Source: Octopus sinensis
Lineage: Eukaryota
Assembly: GCF_006345805.1 (NCBI RefSeq)
Contig: NC_043009.1
Location: 70,122,001 to 70,186,000 of the forward strand
Direction: 5' to 3'
Length of the DNA stretch: 64,000 bases
A program made the translations under genes and the position numbers. Positions 36,323 to 50,479 of this stretch are shown piece after piece (positions within the stretch are counted from its first letter, which is position 1; every line of letters begins with the position of its first letter). The notes under the pieces are model-generated. The model was given only the letters and a program-made list of their open reading frames with translations, was not told the DNA's origin and ran no database searches.

Positions 36323-36707
36323 TTCTTTTATTCTTTTATGTTTCAGTCAATTGACTGCGGCCAGGCTGGAGTACCCCTTGGAGCATTTTAGTGAAACAAA
36401 TCGATCGCAGGACTTATTCTTTAAGCCTAGTACTTATTCCATGAATCTTTTTGCCGAACCGTTAAGTTACAGGGATGTGAACACACCAGCGCCGGTTGTC
36501 AAGCGGTGATAGGGGGACAAATACAGATACACGCATATATATATATATATTTACAAGACAGGCTTCTTTCAATTTCTGTATACCATTTCCACTCACAAGG
36601 CTTTGGCGGCCCGAGGCTATAGTAGAAGTCACTTGCCCAAGGTGTCACACAGTGGGACTGAACCCGGAACCCTGTGGTTGAGAAGTAAACTTCTCCCCAT
36701 ACAGCCG
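36323..36707 (-). mobile_element. SINE family B, full length
   Basis: Reverse complement of the 23918-24312 family (gggactgaacccggaacc..., cttgcccaagg, tttcagtca.ttgactgcggcca.gctggag). Confidence 0.9.
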
Positions 36708-37269
36708 CAGGAGAGTTGTAAAGAAACAAATTTGGTGCCAACCGAATTTATTTCTTTACAACATTCCTAAAAATGGATATGTTTTAATAAAAAAAAATAG
36801 CAGAGATACATTTTCCAGAGGCTATGTTAACATTGAAATAATTTGGAGGAGAGTTTTTCTCTCTTTCTCGAATTTCTTTTCGTTTAACTTAATATTTTAC
36901 AGAAGTACGTTTTCGAGAATCTAAGTTACATAATATTGAGTTTTCAAAAATATAAGTTAACAGAAAACTGAAAAATACTAAAGTTATAGATATTTAAGAT
37001 GAGAACGGAATCAAGGAAAGAATATCGCAGTATTCTTGCCTAAAAGAATTCTTCAAAGTTTTATCAACATAATCGCAATGTATTCTATCAAAAACCTTTC
37101 TCTACAAAATGCAAATAGGAAATTTTCCAAAAGGTATAAAAAAAATCAAAATGATCTTATGCTTCGCTCCAATCCTCCCTCTCTTCCCCCCACTTCTGCA
37201 TAGACGCACCTATATATATTATGGTACATATCCATTTGTCTGTGTCTGTCTACTAAGTCCAGAGTACGG

Positions 37270-37560
37270 ACGTATCTTAAAAAAGTGAGACGGCTTTCTG
37301 GAAAGATGTGGACCTCAGCAAGTTTAATTGTGGTAAAAACACCAAAAATATACGCTAGAGAAGTTGGGTGGCAGAATGGAAATTGGGAAGAACTGAAAGT
37401 GGTTGGTAGGGGAAGCTGGAAAGACGGTCGGAAATGATACCAATGTCCAGAATGTGGCGGGGAAACAGTCGACCAGCAAACTATAGGTGAACACTTGGAA
37501 AGAAGAAATGGATCCTGGGCTCAGGGCCTTGAATACAAAAACGGTGGTATTGGACTATAT
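37270..37560 (-). mobile_element. CR1/Jockey-like RT fragment, very old
   Basis: FKALSPGSI...FTYSL..DCFP..W..V..P.......F.PISILPPNFS resembles the RT N-terminal KA.GPD...FP..WK.A.V.P...NYRPISLLP region. Confidence 0.45.
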
Positions 37561-40029
37561 TTAAGTACAGGGTGTTTGATCTGTTGTAATGAGGAGTATT
37601 CAAGGTAGAAGTGAGTCATCAGAATTTGCAACAAACGACGACCACCACCACCACCATCATCGTCTTCGTCGTCGTCAACGTCGTATAATTGTCTTCAATC
37701 TTCGTCGTCGATGTATAGTTTAGTGATCGTTAATTAAGTAATAGAATTCTTATTAGTGTGCGCCTCAACCATATACAACAAGGCCAATGAGAATAAGGTT
37801 GACTATGCCATACCAGAAATGAATATTTGCGCTTTTGACATTTTTACCCGCTAATCTATGAAACCCAGCACAGGAGCAACTCGGGAGCATTCCATATTTG
37901 TGATTGTATATTATTTGTGTGTATTGTACTGAACGATAATCGTATATTTTTATGAGGAATAAGATAGATGCGATGTTTACTAATATTTTCTTATCTAGAT
38001 TTCTTTTGTTGTGCGATGGAATGCATCGCGTTTGATCTTTGTTGAAAGTGAATGGAGGGTGGGCGGGAAATTACTGAGAATGTAAAACTCGACTCATAAA
38101 TTTTACAACTTAATCAAACTCGTAAATCACATTTCTCACTAGAAACTTGTTCACTGGATTACAGGTTGGCAGCTTGTTATTAATAAGAAGGTTTCAATAC
38201 AATTTTTGTTTGTTGCATTCTATTAGTGTTGGTTTATGCTCTGCTGCAATGCATCTTGTGTTATGCATGATAAGGATTTTGATAATGGGTTCATCTATTA
38301 ATATATTTAATTCATGTAAGAATTTTGTGTGTGTGTGGTGAGTTTAATTTAAATCGATGTATTAGTCTCTGATATATTTTATTGCGTTCTACTTCGTTCT
38401 GTATTGTTTTATTGCCTGATTTTTTAAAATTTGCTTATCTAATTGTTGTTCATTAATATTTCTTTTATTTTAGTTTTACTATTTTTTGTTTAATCTTACT
38501 TACGTTCTGTAGTAATCTTTATGTGATTTTGTCTTCTTTTGTGGGTAAGAAAATAAAAGAAACTTCTCAGGAAGAATTGCACCGTTAATAATTTTTTATT
38601 TCTATATTACCATTTCCGTGGAAATAGAAGCAGATGAGTGTTTTGGGGTTATGCAGATTCAGAGTTCCAAGAGTCAGAAATCCTTAAAGCAGCAATTCCA
38701 CTGCACAGCCTTTTGTGTAGGATTTCTGCTGCAGCTCCGTATTGATCCAGACTTCCAGAAAATTCGGGAACTGTGCAGTACACCCTGTTCTTGCATTGTA
38801 AACTTAATAATCAGTCTTACCCTGGAGGATCTTTGTCTGAGTACACAGAGGTCCGAGCTTTCAAACAAGATTTTGAATCAGTGACGAGAGATATGCTTGA
38901 TTTCTTTCTTCAATGCCTCTCACATTTGTGAGAGATGGTGGGACGGTTACTTCAGACTATAGACTTGGCCCGAATACTTTCAAATAATCTGGAGTCTGCT
39001 AACAGCAACCATGAGTAGTTTCTGTTCACGACATTTCGCAGACAATGCCTGGTTCGACCTTAAGCTATGATAAAAGTCACACGAAAAGTTATCGTCAACA
39101 AATGCTCGCCCGAAACCATATAATGAGAAGCGAATGCCTTAAAAACTCAACCTTGCTAACAAATATGCAAGTCAGGAATTCACAATTTCTTTTCCCTTTC
39201 CCTTTATGTTTGAGGCCCTGTGTCAATATAAAACCTTCTAAATTTCCAAATTCTCAGCCTTACTTTGGAAAATTGATCCATTAACTAAACTGGATTTACA
39301 AACAATACCCAACAGTTACTTTGATGACCAAAATTAACAGAGCAAAATCTTCGGTCACTTAAATCATGATTTACGAATTATTGACATCTTTATATAACTC
39401 CGGAGTATCAAACTTACATTTCATATTTCTATCGCATACACCTGGGTTCCTTTTATTGTGGAGTTAGTGAAACACTGAAGGTATTTGCAATGAATTAACA
39501 AAATATTACGGTGACTCTGGGCGATTTTTCTCTCCACGCGTAATTTTTCCTGTAGGTTAATAACATTGTTCCTACCAGTCCAAGGAGAGTTCAAAAAGAA
39601 TGTGGAAGATCTGCGTATTTTTATTTATTCTGAAAAATAAATTTAGCTTTTTGTTTAAAGTATTGTGAAACCAAATTCCTTTATCAGTGATTAATACATA
39701 TATTGCCTAAATAATAAACATCAAATATGTTGGTAATATTTAACAAATATGAAAATTATCTTTCGTAATTAAAACGGCAATCAAAATAAAACAGACTCGG
39801 GCGAAAATATCGTAAACTTTGAAAGAATAGTATGTTTCAAAGTTTTGCTGTATCATCAAGAATTTGAAGAATTACATAACCTCTTGCACGAGAATCGTTT
39901 AGCAGTAAATCTATTTACTTTCATCGTATTGATATAAATATATTTCATATATTTCTTCGAGATACCTATAATCCCTGCCGCAGTCTGCTGAGATGGAAAA
40001 TAGTGAATGACAACAAATATAGATGCGGA

Positions 40030-40630
40030 AAAGCGCGCTAAAGCATATTCTACCTAACTGGTCCATGGCACCGGAAAAGGTAAACAAAGGAGTACAGTTC
40101 TCAAAATTCTCTTATGGTCTGCCAAGAGACACATGGAAATGATGAAGGGTGGCAAGAAACCACCAAAAAATGGCAGCAAGAAGTTTATTCCATTCTTTCG
40201 TCAAAGTCTAGATGGTTACCAAAATCGAAGATGAAAGTTGTGAACGACAAGAACTGGATGATTTTTGGGAGACAACAGTAGACCTTTTCGGTTATGAAGG
40301 TTTTTTTCCAGTGCCAACAATGAAGAATTCGGATATGATAATATGGTGTGAGGAACATAAAATTATACACTTTGTTGAATTTACTATTCCATATGAAGAC
40401 GCTGCTCAAGTTTGAAAAGGTGAGGGTTGTGAGATGCTCTTAGAAGACATTATAGATGCTATTTGGAATGCAGTGCACTTTCCTATAGAAGTTGGATGTA
40501 GGGGTTTGATTGGGACCAAATCGAGGCCCTAGCTGCTATCAATTGGTGTCAAAGATCGGCAAGCAAACATTTTCAAAGAGATCTAGGCAAGTGATGACAG
40601 AGTCAGCCATTGGATGTGGCTGTGTGAGGA
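40030..40630 (+). mobile_element. HERO/NeSL-like RLE-clade LINE 3' end relic
   Basis: LKHILPNW (knuckle remnant), WETTVDL..., NSDMIIWCEEHKIIHFVEFTIPYE, W.AVHFPIEVGCRGLIG, SHWMWLC match the W...VDL / PD....S / IELTVPWE / EVGCRGF / SRWLW pattern; stops present. Confidence 0.75.
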
Positions 40631-41060
40631 GGAGGAGGATGTAACCTTGCTGGAAGCGGGTACCTGCTTACCTTATATCGCAAGTCATATCTACATCACT
40701 GCACAATATCAATGGTGGCGATGGTCCCGAAATGGACGTAAAGTCGAATACCAGTCAGTGGATCAAGAACGCAAGGCATTATGTCAATGAAATGGTGACC
40801 GGTACGCTGCAAGAACTGTCTCGAGAGGAAGGTAACGAAACGGTGTGTATTCTCACGTGATGACCACAGAAACCTCCTGGCGTCCGGTAGGCGGAGTTTT
40901 CGATTGACTGCACTAAGCAAACTATCTTCAAGTCTCTACCGATAAATATAACAAACTATATTCACGCTTATTATATTTTATTTATTTTCATTTTAATATG
41001 TAAATAGATCAACACACACACGCGCACACACACACACACACGCACGCACGCACGCACAAT

Positions 41061-41421
41061 TATATTTCGGGATGGTCATTTTTTCCCTTGGTTAATAAAC
41101 ACACGCATTATATTTTTGTTCTTCCATCCTTTATTACTGTTCTTATATTTTCTTATGTTCATTGTCCAGAAATGTTTCGTCACACATCTGTGACCTCGTC
41201 AGCGACCCTTTCTGTCCACGTGCATCCTCCTGCTCCGCTTATTTTATGATGTATTTTCTAGCAGGACACACTTGATTGAGCAGCGCAGGAGGACACACGC
41301 GGACGGAAAGGGTTGCTGAAGAGGTCACAGATATGTGACGAAAGATTTCCGAACAATAACCATAAGATAAAATAACAGTAATAAACGAGTGGAGAACGAA
41401 TATATCACCATTCCGAAATAT
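41061..41421. mobile_element. Inverted (head-to-head) pair of Penelope-like pLTR fragments, each with a hammerhead core
   Basis: Arms 41061-41239 and 41282-41421; minus CUGACGA-g-GUCACA-gaug-UGUGAC-GAAAC (41202 to 41174); plus CUGAAGA-g-GUCACA-gaua-UGUGAC-GAAA (41316-41343). Confidence 0.85.
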
Positions 41422-42829
41422 CTGTTTTAGCACACGGTTTCACATCAGGAATCTTGCAACACAAATTCATAAACAAATATAGATATATATATGTGTGTGT
41501 GTGTCTGTGTGCTGACTCAAAAGGGTATTTATGAATTTAGTTAAAAGTGAGATATGCCATAAATAGTCCCTATTCCAGCATTTTTAATACTACAGTATTC
41601 ATTTATGTTCTGTTATGGAATCGTATTTGATCAGTTATCGAATGGTTCAATAATAAAAAAAAGAATTATACATATTTGTGAGCTCATGAATTTCGATTTG
41701 ATAGATATCCATCCGCCCCTATCTCGATCTCCCCTTAAAACCCATTAAAAAACCGTTTGCGGTCTGACTCAGTTTCATACGTTTGGCAATAATATTAGTG
41801 ATACTTTTGGAGAAACGTAACGAAGTGCAATTGTTCAATATCGATTCTTGACGTAGCATGGATCCGTGGTTTGTTAATTGATAACATTAGAGATTTGGGG
41901 ATTCTGCTATGCACAGTTTGATTTTTTTTTTTTATCATGAAACGGAAAATTCAGTTTGCTAAATGTGAATGGCCGTACAGAACGGTGCCAAGACTAAGAA
42001 ATTCAACATACGTGGTATGATCAATAAGTATCCGGACTGTTGCTTATTGCTCAGACCTCGTATATAAACTGTTTGGCAAATATTTAACTGCAGTTAATTC
42101 CTTACAAATAACTCTAGATTTGAAAGAGTTAAAGAATTATCCTATTGTAAACCCAGTTAAAGATTGCTGCATATTAATAGAATTGAAACCGTCCCCCCAA
42201 AGCTGAGTAACATTTGAATAAAAGCTGGAAAGGCGTATCCCGCTGATGCTTTTATGGCGATCCTTTAATTATGAAGCTCATTATATTAATGATTCATTAA
42301 GAGAGAAAAGCTTCAAAAATAGAATAGAACAATAGAAATGGTTAATGACGCAAAATCCTGCATGTGGTGTGCATATTTCGCTGCAATATTGCTCTGATTT
42401 TTCTGTATTTCCTACAAAATCCATTTGTCAGGAGAGCAATTATTAGAGAAAATCTTTCTTACGAATAGCGTTGAGATGAGCCGCAGCAACGACAAGAATC
42501 TTGCGCTCCGAATAATATCGATAGACAAATACGGACATACACAGACACATACAAACACACACACACACACACACGCATGCACATACACATACATATGCGT
42601 GTGTATGGGTGTGTGTAAGTGTATGTGTGCGCGGGTGTGAGAGTATGTGTATATTTGTGAATATTTGGAAAGAAGGCGCCGCAGATAATTGGAATGTATG
42701 ACAAATGGAATGAAGTAGAAAAATTCAAAGACGATAAACTAAAACGGTTTGCAGGAGCACAATACATATATAATAAACACGCACTAACACGTTGCACTCC
42801 CTACATATATACACACACAGAAATATTTA

Positions 42830-43291
42830 TATATGTATATCTATCTATATACTTATATATGCATAAACACATACACACGTATATATTTAAATATATCTGT
42901 GTTTATATGTATCTATCAATCTATCTTTATATCTACATTTTACTTCCTTCTCTCTCTCACTACACACACAAACATATATATATATGTATATATATATATG
43001 TGTGTGTACAGATATATATGCATGTATATATACATATATATATGTATATATATATACATATATATATGTACAGATATATATGTATATATACATATATATG
43101 TATGTATATATACATATGTGTATATATATATGTGTATATATATATATATGTATATACATATATGTATATGTATGTATGTATGCATATATATACATATGTA
43201 TATATATGCATATATATACGTATGTATAAATATACATATATGTATATATGTATATATATGGATATATATATGTATATATGTATATATATGG

Positions 43292-43380
<89 letters not shown>
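42830..43380. repeat. Imperfect (AT)n/(ATGT)n array
   Basis: Directly visible; the 228-aa ORF through it is a repeat translation. Confidence 0.95.
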
Positions 43381-43381
<1 letters not shown>

Positions 43382-43833
43382 TATGGATTTGTATAAATAT
43401 GCCTAACTAATTTGATGATATTGCACTTTATTGTGTGTCATATCAAAAAGAGTGTTTCTTCCACAGTCTTCAAAGTTGCATGAAATTATGATGAAACAAA
43501 ATTCAGTTTGACTTGAGCAGGACATAAACACGATAGAAAGCAACAAAACGAAAAAAGAAACACAACTCGCATCTACACGTGCCGTAAAAACAAAACTGAA
43601 CAGTGAAATAAAATGGAAGACAGTAAGATTAAAAACGTAAAACAATTGTAGAATTCCTGATATGTTGTTGCAATGAACAATAGCAGTTTATTTATTTATT
43701 CCATCTCGTTATTGATTTCATTTTGCTGTGAATAAGAACTTCGTTAAAATGAGGATTTGCACGAAAAGTCAATTATTTAACATAAGGAGCATTGAGAGGA
43801 AAAAGCTCAAACAAAAATGAAAATCGTATGTTT

Positions 43834-43865
<32 letters not shown>

Positions 43866-44502
43866 ATATTATATATATATATATATACATACATATGTAC
43901 ATGTCTGTATATACAGTATTTCTCCATTACGCACATTATATATGTACAGTGCTCCTACATTATATATCCTATATACTGTTTATTTATTACAGGTTATATA
44001 TTATATACTCATATATATATTCACATGAGTGTATGTTTGTGTATTTCCATTATATGAAAATGCACATAAAACTATGTGACTATATTATTTAGTAATATTC
44101 GTCCTTATGTGTATACGTATGTTCATGTATATATATATATATATATATATATACATAAATAGATATATGTATATACATATATATGTGTGTGTGTGTGTGT
44201 GTGTGCATATGTGTAAATATATGTATAGGAACCTACATACTTGAACACACATGTAAACAAGAAAAAAAAACATCTTCTAAATTGCAGGATTCTGCTACAA
44301 CGAAATAGTAGAGTATATTATTTAAAAAGGGGAAGACAAAAAAAAACGAAAAGGATGAGGAAAAACATTTATCTTTTAAGGTAATTTACGAAGACGTTCC
44401 AGAAAACATGGGCGTATCATGATGTTATTAATCCAAGTGTGTGCATTCCGCAAGTTTGGTGGATTTTATGATTTTCGATATATTTGTTAAATTATTGTCG
44501 CT

Positions 44503-44533
<31 letters not shown>

Positions 44534-44759
44534 CCGTCGTTCTTGTTGTTGTTCTTCTTTTTCTCCTTCTTCTTCTCCTTTTTCATGTTCTTTTTCTGCT
44601 TATCATTATTATAACATTTTTTGTCAAAGAATTACATAACCTGAGGCGAAAATCGAAACTGACTTCATTGCAATCCGGAAAGAAAAAAACAACATTAATA
44701 TATTAAAGAACAAGAGAAGAAGATATCAATATTAAATATTTAAATATATACATAGACGC

Positions 44760-44774
44760 ACACATATGCATATA

Positions 44775-44843
<69 letters not shown>

Positions 44844-44998
44844 CATAAATACATACATATACATATATATATATACATACATATATTATATATATATATA
44901 TATATACATAAATACATACATATACATATATATATATACATACATAAATACATACATATACATATATATATATTATATATACATACATAAATACATAC

Positions 44999-45041
<43 letters not shown>

Positions 45042-45074
45042 AATACATACATATATCTATACTTATATATATAT

Positions 45075-45121
<47 letters not shown>

Positions 45122-45168
45122 GACATATGTACATACATACATACATACACATATATATACATACATGC

Positions 45169-45207
<39 letters not shown>

Positions 45208-45854
45208 ATATATATATATATATATAATATATGTATATATGTGTATATATGTACATATGTTATATGTATATGTGCAAGCATGTAGGCAAAGAAAAGAACA
45301 ACAGGAACCTAGCAGAAAACAACGATTACATTCGAAATGAAAGAAAACTGTTCGGTTTGTTTTGTTGTTTTGAAGCTATTATACAAATGCATTGTTTCAG
45401 AGAAAATGTTATTTCTGACAAGAAAAGGCTGCCACTTTGTTCATTTTCTCTATCGCTGCTTCCTGTTGAAACATTTTGATTGATTATATGTGCATATATA
45501 TTTGTGTATATATATATAGATATAGATATATATACATATATATGTAGGTTCCCATACATATATTTACACACATACACATGCACAAACACACACACAGACA
45601 CATATACACACACATACACATACATATCTATGTATGTATATACATATATATATATATATATATAATATATATATGTATATATATATATGTATATATGTAT
45701 ATATATGTATATATATGTATATATATGTATATATATCTATATCTATATATTTATATGCGTATGCGTATATAGGGATTTATGTGTGTGTGTGTATAGACGT
45801 ATACATATGTATAGATATGTGTATACATATATACATTACATATATATACATAGG

Positions 45855-45897
<43 letters not shown>

Positions 45898-45900
45898 TGA
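44760..45900. repeat. Two large (AT)/(ACAT) arrays (44760-45280, 45480-45900) with a local higher-order unit tatacataaatacatacatatacat
   Basis: Directly visible. Confidence 0.9.
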
Positions 45901-47584
45901 TGTATGCATATATCTACACCCATCAAGCTATACATATCAGCATGGTCCACCGTCTACCCACACGCATATGAGCAGTTCTTTCAGCATTTCCTTTCTCGTG
46001 TTGTTATTTTCGAGAGTTATGTTAAATATGTTTTTCTTACTGAATAAATAATGTTACAAAATAACAAATTGTTGAAGAATGGAGTTCATTAATATTAAAT
46101 CGGTTGAAGTTTTCTATTAAACAACAATAAGAAGTCTGCCATTAATAACCACTCTTATGCTACCAAGTATGTTTTTATGAGATGTTTCTGTGTGTTTTTC
46201 GTTTTGTTTGGTTTTGAATTTTAATTCATGCCTTTCGCTTTAAAAAGTCTAACGTTCCTCTGCCTGATAGCGATGCAGGAATATATATCAAATGAGGAGT
46301 ATTTATTCCTAATCATCCCATAAATATTATTCAAACATGTATTAATAAAATTCCAGAGTTCCACATTGACAGTTAAGAAGACGTTTTTGTTTTTTTTAAC
46401 CCCGTTGAACTGAGATCAAGGAGATCTACGTTCAAGCGTATGGAACCCATAATTAGCCCGTGTTCTAAATTTAATTTTAGCGCTATACATTTATTTCAAC
46501 ACGCACACAAACACACACACACACAAATCTATATTTCTTAAATGTGCCCTTCATTTTTAAAACTGTGCAGCGAGTCATTTAAGGGAGTAGTAATAGAAGT
46601 AGGAGTAAAGGAGAATGTGCAGTAACGGCGCATTGCTGCTGCATCCCCCATTTGTTGCGTTCAGAGAGTGAATTCTACCTCAATCCCTCTTAGTCGCCTT
46701 TTATGACTCGCATTGAAAACGACGGATCTACCTTTGGCATGCCCCCCCCCCCAAACAGCACAACAGCAAAATGAAGTGTTTTTCTGAAGAATTTAACACA
46801 CCGCCTTATCTAGGAATCGAACTCACTATCTGACGATCGCAACACCCTAATCACTACGTCACGCACCCACTCTTTAAGTATGGCGTAGAAGCATCATCTT
46901 TCAGCTTGAAGTAGCATATCTACTTCTAAATATTTTATTGAAATCCTACTAACTCCCTCCCAGCTCTAGATGCTGTTGTGTTGGGTGAGATGGCCATGGT
47001 TGGATTTTCAGTGGACAGGCTATCCCATGTAAATGTTGATGAGCTCTAATACACTGAAACATGTCTACTGTTATCTCCTGCCAACTATACAAGTAAAGAC
47101 ATTCGTTTCTCAAAACTGCTGAGTTAACTTTAGAAATTAATTCTTAATCATTTAGACATAATCCTCACGTTTCACAAATAATTGACGCTAATTTTAAAAA
47201 AAAGTGTATCTCTGAGGGAATTTCAGTTGGTAAACCAGATTTTAACTTAAGTATCCAAATTTATGTCGTTGAACCATGCCAATTATTTTCCTTAACTCAT
47301 TTTTAATTGTCACATATAAAATCTAGTTTTATCTGAGACTTGATGAATTAAAATATAAAAAAAATTAATTCTATTGTTCTAATATATACGTCAACGTACC
47401 CCAACTAGAGAGAGGTACCCCAGATATAGAGCTCGCTACTAATTAACTTTATAGCAACGTGGTTATTATATTTCTGCTCAGGGAAACTAGTAATCGCGTG
47501 TAATATATGGATGTAGCCAAGCATTTGACGGATGAACGTATTTGATAAATTTTAACTCGTTACGTGTTTAGGATTCCTTGTCTG

Positions 47585-47850
47585 CAAACTTGGAAGGATG
47601 AAAGACAAATTTTACCTCAGTAGGATTCGAACGCAGAACGTAAAAACGTCGTAATAAATATTAAAACGTATTTTATTAGACGCACCCCGAAATTTCTGAG
47701 GGAAAAACCAGTCGATTATATCAGTCAAAGTACTTGACCAAGATGTAGCTTATCGTCCATTAGAGAATCCAAGGAAAATTACACTTTGCTGGTATTTGAA
47801 CTCAGGAAGTAAAGATAAGGGAGAAATATTGGAAGGCGTTTTATTCGAGA
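47585..47850 (-). mobile_element. Degenerate SINE family A copies
   Basis: gaaggatgaaagacaaatttacctc..ggattcgaacgcagaacg and a second decayed core at 47740-47850. Confidence 0.55.
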
Positions 47851-48039
47851 CTGAAAAACATTCGACTGAGAAGCAAAGTGGCTTGTTTGTTAATCCTTGA
47901 GTCTTTTGTTGTTTAGTCACTTTATGGCTGGGAAACCCAGGGTAAACTCATAAACCCGCCTTCACCAGTAATTAAAATATAAACTGCTCTACTTCTTAGA
48001 GTGTGCTCCTACTCCGGATTTATGTTTTACTAAAACGAT

Positions 48040-48336
48040 ATATATATATAATAAAATATATATAAATATATACATACAATAAAGAATATATATATAATTT
48101 AGTATATGATGTAAAATATATACATATAGTATATATAATGTAATATAATATATATATAATATATATACATACATACATATATACACACACATATAAGTAT
48201 ATATATATATATATATATATACATACACAGACACATACATATAAGAATATATATATATACATACATACACACATACACATACACATAAGAATATATATAT
48301 ATATATACATACATACACACATACACATATATATAA

Positions 48337-48378
<42 letters not shown>
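48040..48378. repeat. (AT)n/(AC)n minisatellite with a ~45-bp higher-order unit anchored on ataagaat
   Basis: ataagtat/ataagaat recurs at about 48193, 48241, 48286 and 48333. Confidence 0.85.
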
Positions 48379-50090
48379 TCAAGAACAATGGAAAAACTAA
48401 ATAATGACCGTAGAGACAATGAGTTAATTCATAATTATTACACTTTAATGATCTCTCATTGATTGGTTGCATATTAATTCCTCATAAATAAAACCGCATG
48501 AATTGCAAATTTTCAGTAATGAGGCAAAAAAAAAAAGCTCGCGCCTCGTTCATTATTTCATTACGTCACACTTAGTTAACATCTATTTATGTCCATATTG
48601 TAATTTGCATAAAACAACTTATTGCCGTCTACCACCACAGCCAGACGAGGGAAACATGCGGATGCTGGTCGTTCTTTGTAATTGCTTCGTGATATTGCGT
48701 GCGCGCACACACACACACTAACACACACACGCAGAGACATACAGGCAGATACAAACACATCCTCTCTACTGTGATGGAAAGTGATGCAATATAACCTCAT
48801 CCTGAGTTAATGTCTGCTAGCAATACTCTAATATATCTTGGTGCCATTCCTTAGTTAAAGTCATGAATTGTTTGGAAAGAACTGCTCTGAACTATAGAAA
48901 TTTAGATATTCAGCCTTCAACGTTAATTTTATAAAGAAACAACTCTATCAGCTGAAGGGACAAGGGACTCATCCTTATTGAGCTGTTCTGCTCCCTACGT
49001 GACAACGTATACAATAAGCAAATGTATAAACCGGAATAAACAATGCTGGGACGATGGTTGAAGATCCAATGAGAATGAGAGGAAAATAAGGTTACGAGTC
49101 CGTTGCCGCTCCTAATTTCCCGAGTATTTCGTTCGGTTTCCTTTCTCTTTTGAAGTGATTTCCTGTCACAAGCGTGAGTAACACTTTCAGGAAGTATATG
49201 ACCAACGCTTTACATTGATTAAATATAGCATGAAGCTGGGTATCTGTGACCTCGATTCCTTGCTAATATTTTCACGGAATGAACCTTTCATACAATTTTC
49301 ATGTCTAATCGATTCACTTCTCAATGACCCTTCGTGCTTTTTGTTGCATTGAGATTCCGTTTGCCACAGTTTTGTACCAAAAGTTTGTATCGAGATGATA
49401 TTTCTGCAGCAGGACTGTGGCAGCGTTATAATGGATAGGAATGTATGAAATAAAGATTGTTTAGTTCAATAAAATACGGAGAATATCTCTCATCTCTTTA
49501 TTTCTCTTCCTTACTTAATGCAATTATACATGGAACCGACAATCTATCAATGAACGGACTCTTTACCGTATCAGTTTTCTTGGAGAACGTGTTTCTTGGA
49601 GAATGCGTTTCTCCTTTGAGGGAGGAGCGTTCGGAAAGGTCTGCAGTTACCATTCTCATGTCTCAACGAAGCCGATTCCAAGAAAGAAGATCGATGCCCA
49701 GAACTGATTGATACAACTTGTAATTATCTCATATAATGTCAAGGTTTAGTTGGAACTTGCTGAGCCGTAATGTAAAGAATTCAGTATATTGTTCAAATCT
49801 ATGACCAGACACCTAACTATAGACAGACAGATGTGGAGCAGAAGGACGCAGCACATAAGGCATTCTATCTAACATTCTGACGGATTCGACACCTCGCGTG
49901 CGCGCACACAGAGGCACACGTACGCACATTTACTAATCCATTTATGAGAGCATCTTGTATCTGTACACATAACTACATATATCTATATGTGTGAAAATAT
50001 GTGTATGTATATGCATGTACATGTATGTGTATATAGTCATATGTATGAACATTTACGTCCAGATAGACATATGTATTACAGTGTTTGTAT

Positions 50091-50142
<52 letters not shown>

Positions 50143-50479
50143 GTGTATATTTCTTTATACATCTACAGAAAATGCATGATACTTATGCATTAAGTTGACG
50201 TGACAATAAAATCATGAAGTTACATGAATGCATTGTATGCATCTATCAGAATAGATATACAAATAACCACGCTGAAACCGGTTAGAAAACCTCAGTAAAT
50301 ATTTATAGCAACCCAGTATTTCAATCCGTATCTTCCCATATGACACACTTTGAAATTTCTTATTAGAAATCAAGTTATGTCAAAGAATTCAATCTTATTT
50401 TGAAATTGCTGGGCGAGAAACTAATTCATTTACAAATATTCATTTGTGAACAATGAAATATTAAATATCAACATTGTAT

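Noticed and set aside
42432-42612. Plus-strand exon GEQLLEKIFLTNSVEMSRSNDKNLALRIISIDKYG
   Set aside because: The acceptor is plausible, but the only donor lies beyond a (CA)n/(GT)n tract that would be translated; no supporting homology recalled.
48630-48670. ccagacgagggaaacatgc as a hammerhead
   Set aside because: No stem II between the core and GAAAC and no cleavage triplet.
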